Of a stretch of DNA of 64,000 nt, positions 57,024-64,000 are shown piece after piece. The translations under genes and the position numbers were made by a program. Position 1 is the first letter of the stretch. Each line of letters begins with the position of its first letter. The DNA comes from Minisyncoccota bacterium (GTDB lineage: Bacteria > Patescibacteriota > Minisyncoccia > Phycocordibacterales > UBA9973), in the NCBI GenBank assembly GCA_028718635.1, contig JAQULK010000001.1, positions 396,818 through 460,817 of the forward strand, in the 5' to 3' direction. Under the pieces are notes generated by a model that worked only from the letters and a program-made list of their open reading frames with translations, searched no databases and was not told where the DNA came from.

Positions 57024-57323
57024 TCAAGACTTTGGAGTCGAAGGACGATCGGGCTCAGGCAGATTTGCATATCTGCATAGCTGCCTCATTGGATTTTCTG
57101 GAAACAGACTGTACATGTACCTCGTACAGCCCTTATCCTGACCCAGTGCCCGTTTTATCTCTAAAACGAACACTTTAAAAGTGGGTACAATTCCCCACTT
57201 TTCATGATAAACCAAAAGAAAATTAAGTATCTCTAAGTGGTCTATCGTAAGATCTAAACCGTCCGCCTTGGCCAACTTAATGGCCAAATCTAAATCAAAA
57301 TCAGTCGGCATACTCACACTCAC
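57024..57323 (-). CDS. TusE/DsrC-family protein lacking the canonical penultimate cysteine
   Basis: 'LAIKLAKADGLDLTIDHLEILNFLLVYHEKWGIVPTFKVFVLEIKRALGQDKGCTRYMYSLFPENPMRQLCRYANLPEP' aligns with the TusE motifs (HWEV..F.R.YY, KG.SRYLY.LFP.GP..Q..KIAGLPKP). Ends ...DRPSTPKS rather than ...CV. GTG start. Confidence 0.6.
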   Translation of the reverse strand: MSVSMPTDFDLDLAIKLAKADGLDLTIDHLEILNFLLVYHEKWGIVPTFKVFVLEIKRALGQDKGCTRYMYSLFPENPMRQLCRYANLPEPDRPSTPKS

Positions 57324-57420
57324 TCCACCTCCTTTCTTTTCCTTCCTAAGAAGGAAATATTATTTTTTTGCTACATTATTGTCTTTTTTGAGATTACGCC
57401 TAAGTATGAAGAAAGTCAAA

Positions 57421-57672
57421 TCAGATCTCCCCGATAAATTCTTTTATTTTATTCTCGATTTTTTCTATTTTCTCAACCAAATGAGGGTGTTTGTGTAAAT
57501 ATCTTTTTAAAATAGTGTTGGTTTGGGGAAAATAAAAAGACAGTAGTAAAAATCCTATTATCAAAAAAAGAATTCCTTGCAAAAGAGGTACTACTAAACC
57601 AAGCAATCCAAGTAGAATAAAAAATATTCCAAGACCCAAGATTATTATTTTTTTGATTTTCTTTTTCATCAT
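57421..57672 (-). CDS. DUF454 (YbaN-like) small inner-membrane protein
   Basis: 'ILGLGIFFILLGLLGLVVPLLQGILFLIIGFLLLSFYFP' has the typical YbaN architecture. Confidence 0.6.
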   Translation of the reverse strand: MMKKKIKKIIILGLGIFFILLGLLGLVVPLLQGILFLIIGFLLLSFYFPQTNTILKRYLHKHPHLVEKIEKIENKIKEFIGEI

Positions 57673-57725
57673 AAATTTAATATAACATGAAAATATGATA
57701 TTATCATTAAAACTTATTATTCAAA

Positions 57726-58154
57726 ATGAGATTGGATCAGCTTACAAAATTAGCTATACGCCACACCTTGCACTGCCTATTTGGTTGTTCAATAGGGGAA
57801 ATGCTAGGTATGTCCATAACGACCTTGCTTGGCTGGGCAGTATTCGCGAAAGTGATTTTTTCTATACCGCTCGCATTCTTTTTCGGGTACCTTCTTACAT
57901 CTTGGTCGCTTAAAAAGAGTGGTATTTCCTGGCGTCATGCTATCAAGACCGCTTTGTCTATAGACACCGTCTCTATACTTTCCATGGAGGCTGTTGACAG
58001 TACTTTTCTGCTTTTCATTCCGGGTGCAACAAACGCACACCTTGGAGACTCGCTCTATTGGTTTAAATTATTGGCTTCACTCGTAGTCGCCTTTGTTATC
58101 ACTATTCCCGTCAATCGTTATTTCATCTCCCGTAAAAGCGATCATAAACATTAA
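57726..58154 (+). CDS. DUF4396-like membrane protein
   Basis: 'HCLFGCSIGE' signature followed by 3-4 TM segments. Confidence 0.55.
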   Translation: MRLDQLTKLAIRHTLHCLFGCSIGEMLGMSITTLLGWAVFAKVIFSIPLAFFFGYLLTSWSLKKSGISWRHAIKTALSIDTVSILSMEAVDSTFLLFIPGATNAHLGDSLYWFKLLASLVVAFVITIPVNRYFISRKSDHKH

Positions 58155-58163
58155 AAGATTTTT

Positions 58164-58742
58164 TTATCTTATACCTGTATCGCAAGAAATAGTTGTTGTG
58201 GTAAAAGTATTTGCGCTTACAGTGATTTGAGGATGATCGCATCTTGGTAGAGTGCCTTCTCCGGCGACTAAGGTATAGTCTCCGGGCGGTAGGGAAACTG
58301 AGAAAATTCCTTTTGTGTCACTGGTAGTCGTTGCAAATGAATGAGCGAGATCGCTTGCTTGAAATACAACAATGTTAGTTTTAAATGGCTTGTCGGCGCA
58401 ATTTGGATCTGGAGGAATGTGCTCGACTGGGCATGTCGGGCCCAACACGACTTTTCCTTTCACTCCTGATTTATACGGAAGAATATTCTTTGTTCCATTA
58501 TTATTGTTTGCGGGAGCAGCCTCGGGGCAAACAGCAAAGTCGCAATTTAATCCCATACGTCCCACATAAGAACCATCTGGGCAGAGTTTCGCTTCCATCG
58601 TGCATGCGACATGGTTAACTGGAATGGCATTATTTTTTTTATTGCTTTTTGCCAAGATACTGCATACTATAGTACATACAATAAACGCCAAGATTAAGAG
58701 CGAGATTGATATGTATAAAAAACGTTTTTCAAAATTTTTCAT
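58164..58742 (-). CDS. Secreted/membrane-anchored Cys-rich hypothetical protein
   Basis: Signal anchor 'ISISLLILAFIVCTIVCSILA'. 12 Cys in paired spacing, Thr-rich C-terminus. Confidence 0.45.
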   Translation of the reverse strand: MKNFEKRFLYISISLLILAFIVCTIVCSILAKSNKKNNAIPVNHVACTMEAKLCPDGSYVGRMGLNCDFAVCPEAAPANNNNGTKNILPYKSGVKGKVVLGPTCPVEHIPPDPNCADKPFKTNIVVFQASDLAHSFATTTSDTKGIFSVSLPPGDYTLVAGEGTLPRCDHPQITVSANTFTTTTISCDTGIR

Positions 58743-58856
58743 AATTAACTATAATGATGACACTAAAGCCAAAACTTTTCAACTGGCAAAATTTTCAATC
58801 AAAAAAAAAGTGTTTTAATAACAAATTAATGATATTATGCTTAAATAAATAATAAG

Positions 58857-59342
58857 ATGATTAAAAAAATTATATTAGCGGGAGGATGTTTCTGGGGATT
58901 GCAGGATCTGATACGAAAACAAGCAGGTGTCGTGAAAACGCGTGTGGGATATACCGGTGGAAAAGTAGGAAATCCAACTTATCGAAATCATGAGGGTCAT
59001 GCGGAAGCAGTAGAGATAGAATATGACACAGAAAAAACTTCTTATAAAAAATTGCTGGATTTTTTCTTTCAAATTCACAATCCTACGACCTTAAACCAGC
59101 AAGGGAATGACAGAGGGACTTCATATCGCTCCGCGATATTTTATAGCAATGAAGAGGAGAAAAAAGAAGCAGAAAATTTTATAGATATCGTAAATAAATC
59201 AAAACGCTGGAAAGATCCTGTGGTTACAACTCTTGAACCATTGGGTGATTTTTACGAAGCGGAGGAATATCATCAAGATTATTTACAAAAGAACCCTGGC
59301 GGATATTCTTGCCATGCCATTTATTTTGATAGTTATCTGTGA
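58857..59342 (+). CDS. msrA: Peptide methionine sulfoxide reductase MsrA
   Basis: 'LAGGCFWG' active site and '[11 protein letters not shown]'. Confidence 0.9.
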   Translation: MIKKIILAGGCFWGLQDLIRKQAGVVKTRVGYTGGKVGNPTYRNHEGHAEAVEIEYDTEKTSYKKLLDFFFQIHNPTTLNQQGNDRGTSYRSAIFYSNEEEKKEAENFIDIVNKSKRWKDPVVTTLEPLGDFYEAEEYHQDYLQKNPGGYSCHAIYFDSYL

Positions 59343-59361
59343 CGTATGGTAGAATCACTTT

Positions 59362-59901
59362 ATGAAACTTTTAATACTTTTTGGTCCTCCAGCGGTGGGG
59401 AAAACTACAGTAGGGAAGATAATAGAATCAAAATCAGATTTTAAGCTTTTTCATAACCACATGGCTTTGGATGGCGTTATGCATCTATTTGGAGTTGGAA
59501 CTTCTTCTGAAAATAAACTGAGCAGGATCATTCGAGAGAATATAATAAAAGAAGCTGCAGAAAATAAAATTAATCTTATCTTCACTTATGTTTGGGATTT
59601 TGGACAAGAGAGGGGAAAGAATAATATAGATTTTTACAAAAATATTTATGAATCTGCCGGAGGTAAAGTAATCTTTGTGGAATTAGTTGCGCCGCTTTCA
59701 ATTCGAGCAGAACGCGCAGATAATCCAATGCGTGGTGTAGAAAAAAAGTATGCGCCAAATAAAGAACACGTACTTGCTCTAGAAAATACTCTTAATTTTA
59801 CCAGCCCAACTCCTTTTTTCTATCCCAATTACACAAAAATCGACACAGAAAACAAAACACCAGAAGCTATCGCGGAAGAAATTCTACCTTTGCTTTTATA
59901 G
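59362..59901 (+). CDS. P-loop NTPase / small-molecule kinase-like protein
   Basis: Walker A 'GPPAVGKTT'. 179 aa. Adenylate-kinase / chloramphenicol-phosphotransferase-like size. Confidence 0.5.
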   Translation: MKLLILFGPPAVGKTTVGKIIESKSDFKLFHNHMALDGVMHLFGVGTSSENKLSRIIRENIIKEAAENKINLIFTYVWDFGQERGKNNIDFYKNIYESAGGKVIFVELVAPLSIRAERADNPMRGVEKKYAPNKEHVLALENTLNFTSPTPFFYPNYTKIDTENKTPEAIAEEILPLLL

Positions 59902-59914
59902 CATAAGGAATCTG

Positions 59915-59986
59915 TGACTCTACTGGGAATCGCACCCAGATTTGAAGCTTGAGAAGCTTCCGTCCTGACTATTAGACGATAGAGCC
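59915..59986 (-). tRNA. tRNA-Glu (CUC)
   Basis: Acceptor ggctcta/tagagtc, anticodon stem gaagc/gcttc with loop ttCTCaa, T-arm ctggg-tgcgatt-cccag. Confidence 0.75.
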
Positions 59987-60129
59987 TAAAGAAACTTACT
60001 TGGGAAAATATAGCATTTTTCATCAAAAAACTAAAGAAAATTAAAACTAAAGGCTAAATAATAATTCCGCTAGGAAAGACCTAGCGGTAGAGTAATAACA
60101 GTTTTTACCGCTCATGTTATAATCATCAT

Positions 60130-60597
60130 ATGAAAAAATTTATATCGGTGATAATTATTATCATTATTTTAGTAATTATGGCTTTGGTCTGGCAGATTAA
60201 TGTTAAAAAAGAAACGACCATGGAGCCGAGCCTGGTAAGTAATATGGATACAGGAAACGCTGAACAGAAAAAAGATCTTATTCGCGTATTTTCACCCCAG
60301 CCAAACGATGTGATAAAAAATTCAATCGACATAAAAGGCGAGGCGAGAGGGAATTGGTTTTTTGAAGCTTCTTTTCCTATTAAATTAATTAACACCGAAG
60401 GCAAGGAAGTTCCGCTTTCTCAAGGTTATATTATGACTTCAGCAAATTGGATGACGACCGATTTTGTTCCTTTTGAACAAGTTGTCACTTTCCATACACA
60501 AAAAGCCGGGAAGGGGAAACTAATCCTAATGAAAGACAATCCATCTGGACTTCCTCAAAATGCTGATGAACTCGTCATTCCTATTTCATTTGAGTAA
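60130..60597 (+). CDS. Gmad2 immunoglobulin-like domain protein (GerM-related), N-terminal TM
   Basis: 'IRVFSPQPNDVIKNSIDIKGEARGNWFFEASFPIKLIN' matches the Gmad2 pattern. Confidence 0.55.
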   Translation: MKKFISVIIIIIILVIMALVWQINVKKETTMEPSLVSNMDTGNAEQKKDLIRVFSPQPNDVIKNSIDIKGEARGNWFFEASFPIKLINTEGKEVPLSQGYIMTSANWMTTDFVPFEQVVTFHTQKAGKGKLILMKDNPSGLPQNADELVIPISFE

Positions 60598-60603
60598 TAA
60601 AAT

Positions 60604-61659
60604 TTAGTCTCCTGATTTTGGCTTCTCCACTTCAAGAAGCGCTAGCTCGGGTGAAGCGCCGGCTATGCGAAGCACATCTTTGTCTATCTTTTTTAGTTCT
60701 TTATTTGAAGCGTTGTAGTGGTTCACCACTGTGCCCAGGGCATTGCCGAGCTTGTTGTGATATTCATCATAAGATTTTAAATGTTTGCCGAGGTCTTCTA
60801 CTTTTTTAATTATTTCTTTAGCGGACTCTTCTATTTGCAGAGCCTTGAGTCCTTGCAGGACAGTTTGCAGATAAGCAAGAAATGAAGTGGGGGAGGTGAT
60901 AATGACTTTGTACTTTCCAGCCGCGCGTTGGATTAGGTTCTCATTATCGTCACTTGCGCCGACCTTATTGGTGATCAAATCATAGTAAATGGCTTCGTGG
61001 GGGATAAACATAAATGCAAAGTCAGTAGTGCCTTTGGTGGGCTGGATGTATTTTGATGTTTCAGTAATGCGATTTTTTAAATCATTTACAAAAATTGTTT
61101 CTAGTCTTTTTTTCTCGGTGCCGTCATGTTCCTCGGCCATTTTGTTGTAATTTTCTAAGGAGAATTTTGAATCGATAGGAATGATTTTATCTTTCACAAA
61201 AACAACTGCGTCCACGATGGTTCCATCGGGGAAAGCATACTGCATCTGATAGCTTCCAGGAGGCAATACATTTTTCAAAACTGTTTCTAAATAATATTCG
61301 CCTAAAATTCCGCGTTGTTTTGGATTTTTTAAGATATTTTCCAGGCTTTGGAGCTGGTCAGCGAAGGAGATGACTTGCTTGTTTGTCTCGTCCAGACGGG
61401 TGAGTCTCTCTGTGACGTCCCGAATTATTTTATTTGATTCAGAAGAATGGAACTTCAAACTTTCATTGACCTGTTTGTGGGACTCGCCGATCTTGCTATC
61501 TACAGTTCTAGAAAGTTCATTTATTTGCGTCAAGATAAGATTCAATCCGATGTCGTCTTTTCCATTTATGTTCTTTTTTCTATTATTAAGGTAAAGCAAG
61601 AAAAAAATAATAGTTATACAGACAATTATTATAATTATTAAAAAAATATTTTCTTCCAT
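60604..61659 (-). CDS. rmuC: DNA recombination protein RmuC
   Basis: N-terminal TM plus long coiled coil, C-terminal RmuC nuclease-like region 'FAFMFIPHEAIYYDL'. Confidence 0.75.
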   Translation of the reverse strand: MEENIFLIIIIIVCITIIFFLLYLNNRKKNINGKDDIGLNLILTQINELSRTVDSKIGESHKQVNESLKFHSSESNKIIRDVTERLTRLDETNKQVISFADQLQSLENILKNPKQRGILGEYYLETVLKNVLPPGSYQMQYAFPDGTIVDAVVFVKDKIIPIDSKFSLENYNKMAEEHDGTEKKRLETIFVNDLKNRITETSKYIQPTKGTTDFAFMFIPHEAIYYDLITNKVGASDDNENLIQRAAGKYKVIITSPTSFLAYLQTVLQGLKALQIEESAKEIIKKVEDLGKHLKSYDEYHNKLGNALGTVVNHYNASNKELKKIDKDVLRIAGASPELALLEVEKPKSGD

Positions 61660-61689
61660 ATTAGTAATTTTAGCATTTTTAATTTATAA

Positions 61690-61823
61690 ACAAAAACTCT
61701 GGCCTTATGCCAGAGTTGCGTAGTCTTCTAAAGACTAAAGTTTTTGTAGTGGGTACGTCTTTGAAAGGTCTTTGGTTAAAAGTAGGATCCAACCATTCCT
61801 AAACAGTTGGCAGAAAACCTCAA
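61690..61823 (-). ncRNA. Candidate small RNA (~135 nt) with its own -10 box and intrinsic terminator. Identity unknown
   Basis: Minus-strand TATAAT at 61835..61830. Internal hairpins ccaac..gttgg and agtctt-taga-agact. Terminator ctctggc-ataag-gccagag plus TTTTTGTTT at 61715..61688. No ORF. Confidence 0.35.
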
Positions 61824-61966
61824 ACTCATATTATAAGTATGTAATTACTAATCCCCATACAAGTGAGTTGCCTCACACATTCGCAGTCGTCAGCATAGCT
61901 GGCTTTACTTCAGGGCTATACGCCTGTACAACTACTATTGTAAAATAAGTATGTTTTTTTGTAAAG

Positions 61967-62671
61967 GTGGATAACTTAAATTATTTATATAACCAGTGTG
62001 TTATGATTGCATTTATGGATTTATTTGAATTTAAAGATAAACATTTTCAAGAGGCTTATTTATTTGATCCAAAAGAATACGGGAGAATTTTTTCTTTTGT
62101 AGATTTTGCTAACGTAAGGAATTGGGCGAAAGTTTTTTGGAAAAAAGAAAATAAAGAATATTTAAAAAAAGAAATTGATATAGAAAAAATTCATAAATTA
62201 ATTAATCATATTAAGGCAAGCAAAAAATATTTTTATTATGGGCATTATAAAGAGCATATAGATTTACCTGAGGAACATACTTTAAATTTGAAATATCGCC
62301 AATCAATATTTCGTATAGATAAAGCTAGAAAATGTGGTTTCAGAGTTCGTACTAAAGATATAAAAGAAATAAACAATTTTGATGAAGATGGTAAATTTTT
62401 AGGAAAAATAAATAAATGTAACTTTGATGTAGAAATGACAATGGACATAATACAACAAATGGAAAAATACGATACAATATTTCTTTGGTCTGGAGATAGT
62501 GATTTTCATACCCTTTTACAATATTTAAAATCAAAAAAGAAAAAAGCTATTGTTATTTGTGCTAGGGATTTTGTTAGCGAAGAACTTAAGATGAATTGTG
62601 ATAAATATATTCCAGCTGATTCTTTAAAAGATCATTTAGAGTATGTAAAAACAAACTCGCCCAAGCGGTAA
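61967..62671 (+). CDS. NYN-domain protein (second paralog)
   Basis: 'FVDFANV', 'NFDVEMTMDIIQ' and 'LWSGDSDFHTLLQYLK' acidic residues. Confidence 0.65.
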   Translation: MDNLNYLYNQCVMIAFMDLFEFKDKHFQEAYLFDPKEYGRIFSFVDFANVRNWAKVFWKKENKEYLKKEIDIEKIHKLINHIKASKKYFYYGHYKEHIDLPEEHTLNLKYRQSIFRIDKARKCGFRVRTKDIKEINNFDEDGKFLGKINKCNFDVEMTMDIIQQMEKYDTIFLWSGDSDFHTLLQYLKSKKKKAIVICARDFVSEELKMNCDKYIPADSLKDHLEYVKTNSPKR

Positions 62672-62783
62672 AGCTTGGGCGAGGCATAAATACAATCCTA
62701 ATATCCTATAGGCGAGGGTAATTTTCATTACAAGTTTAGTATAATATATTTGTTGTAAAAAAACAACAATATGTGGATAACTA

Positions 62784-63515
62784 TTATTTTTCTAAATAAT
62801 GCTTCAAAGTGTAAATCCAATCTTCGTCTATGCCGTCGCCGTTTAATTTTTGGTCTAAAAGCCATTGCAAATAGCCTCTATCTACTTTTATTACATCCTC
62901 AATTCTTTTACCATTATGTTTGCCGAATTTGAAAGTGTGCAAAAGGGAAGGATGCGAAGAAATTTCTATCATTTTATTTATAACTTCCTCTTCTGTAAGT
63001 TCTTTTTCTTTCTCTGTTAGCATCTTCGACATTTTATTTTTCAATCTTTCGAAAAGTTTTTCTAACACTAAAACATCCCCCATAGCATCGTGGGCAGTGG
63101 CTTCTACTTCGATATCCAACAAATAGCGCAAATATTGCAGAGTGTACCGGTCAATTTTTTCTTCTTTATCTAAATATCTGGCGAGCCTTAGAGTGCAGAT
63201 GAAATTTTTTGGTTCTATACTTTCTTTTTTAATTATTGCCAAATCGAAGGGGGCATTGTGGGCAACGACAACAGAATCTTTGTCTTCAAAAAGTTTTTTA
63301 ATTATTGCCTGATCAGTGCTTTCTTTAAAAGTAGGTTTATCAGCTACCATTTTATTGGTGATGTGGTGCACAGCTGAAGCCTCCGGAGGAATCTTTATTT
63401 CAGGCTTATAGAGGCCTGTAAAACTTTCGTCTTTGCTTTTATAGGCGATTTGAACCAAAAAATCCTTTTCTGTATTGCCTGTGGTTTCTGTATCAAAAAA
63501 TATCAACTTAGACAT
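62784..63515 (-). CDS. DEDDh 3'-5' exonuclease (ExoX-like) with a C-terminal DUF3820-like domain
   Basis: Exo I 'FFDTETTG', Exo II 'VAHNAPFDLAII', Exo III 'HDAMGDVLVLEKLF'. C-terminal 'FKFGKHNGKRIEDV...DRGYLQWLL'. Confidence 0.75.
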   Translation of the reverse strand: MSKLIFFDTETTGNTEKDFLVQIAYKSKDESFTGLYKPEIKIPPEASAVHHITNKMVADKPTFKESTDQAIIKKLFEDKDSVVVAHNAPFDLAIIKKESIEPKNFICTLRLARYLDKEEKIDRYTLQYLRYLLDIEVEATAHDAMGDVLVLEKLFERLKNKMSKMLTEKEKELTEEEVINKMIEISSHPSLLHTFKFGKHNGKRIEDVIKVDRGYLQWLLDQKLNGDGIDEDWIYTLKHYLEK

Positions 63516-63637
63516 CCCATTAAAAATTTTAATTAATAATCTATATCATTATAACATGTTTTTTGAATTTCTAACGGGACAGGTAGTGCTATTTTAGCAT
63601 ACTTCTGGTATGATTTATATAGATTTATAAAATATCA

Positions 63638-63720
63638 ATTTTTCTTCGGTACGGATTTTTTTCTGTTGAAAAAAATCCTGAAGTTCTCGCGCCGTCGCGC
63701 TCGAAACCCCTTCAAAAATT
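63638..63720 (+). repeat. Family C element, copy 3
   Basis: aatttttcttcggtacgg-GGATTTTTTT-ctgttg-AAAAAAATCC-tgaagttctcgcgccgtcgcgctcgaaaccccttcaaaaatt. Confidence 0.7.
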
Positions 63721-63750
63721 ATATTTTATAAATTTTTGTTATGTTACACG

Positions 63751-64000
63751 AACAAATAAAAAATGGAATAAAAGAAGCGATGATGGCAAAGGATGCTTTA
63801 CGGCTGAAGGCTTTTCGCGCGATGTCCTCGGCCTTTACAAATGAACTGGTAGCGAAGAATAAAAAACCGCAAGACATGCTTTCGGATGAAGAAGCCTTGG
63901 CGGTGATTACCAGGCTGGCAAAACAGAGGAAAGACTCTATCGAGCAATTTAAAAAAGGGAATCGAGAGGATTTAGTAAAAGAAGAACAAGAAGAGCTCTC
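63751..64000 (+). CDS. GatB/YqeY-domain protein (partial, continues beyond the window)
   Basis: 'MLHEQIKNGIKEAMMAKDALRLKAFRAMSSAFTNELVAK' is YqeY-like. Confidence 0.7.

Noticed and set aside
57268-57498. Plus-strand 76-aa ORF overlapping the TusE-like and DUF454 genes
   Set aside because: It has low-complexity sequence and overlaps two better-supported minus-strand genes.

Overview
This window looks like a low-GC (roughly one-third GC by eye), gene-dense, streamlined bacterial genome. A split transketolase, short aminoacyl-tRNA synthetases, Lys-rich protein tails and sparse Shine-Dalgarno use suggest a CPR/Patescibacteria-like organism, but that is an inference. I annotated about 73 protein-coding genes, mostly housekeeping, and seven tRNAs (positions ~38.9-45.5 kb and ~59.9 kb).

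The housekeeping content is:
- a mannose/glycan block (partial cytidylyltransferase, HAD phosphatase, cupin phosphomannose isomerase, three GH130 domains);
- hpf, fmt, def, hisS, lepB, pth, dnaE;
- a gap-rpiB-rpe-split tkt cluster, a PfkB kinase, a lamin-tail surface protein, an ABC exporter, lepA, an FtsB-like protein, 2-hydroxyacid dehydrogenase, glycerate kinase, enolase and PEP synthase;
- a MNT/HepT toxin-antitoxin pair and a large secreted beta-helix protein;
- valS, tsaD, a GlmU-like nucleotidyltransferase, trxB, ftsZ, ftsA, ybeY, rpsU, greA and lysS;
- a dcw block (mraZ-rsmH-ftsL-like-ftsI-murF) with a recognisable MraZ operator;
- msrA, rmuC, two NYN proteins and an ExoX-like exonuclease.

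On top of this core the window is unusually rich in small structured and palindromic DNA elements:
1. Two families of ~120-nt elements (A and B) have long terminal inverted repeats. Each sits exactly between an upstream stop codon and a downstream ATG and carries a conserved 16-23 codon mini-ORF. There are four copies in total.
2. Several GC-rich palindromes are inserted in frame inside housekeeping genes (two in lepA, one each in trxB and tsaD, possibly ybeY), recalling Rickettsia RPEs.
3. An ~80-nt REP-like intergenic element (family C) occurs four times, with compensatory changes in its stem.
4. A REP-flanked RAYT (IS200-like Y1 transposase) lies next to an N-terminally truncated Nudix gene.
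5. A ~2.4-kb GC-rich, strong-SD, two-gene islet sits beside a tyrosine recombinase. Its downstream gene is bracketed by 26-bp inverted repeats. Together with the RAYT it separates fmt from def.

Other notable points are a (GA)9 tract abutting the start codon of the beta-helix surface protein, a TusE/DsrC-like protein lacking the C-terminal cysteine, and a candidate minus-strand sRNA with its own promoter and terminator. All coordinates and calls come from reading the sequence by eye; no searches were run.
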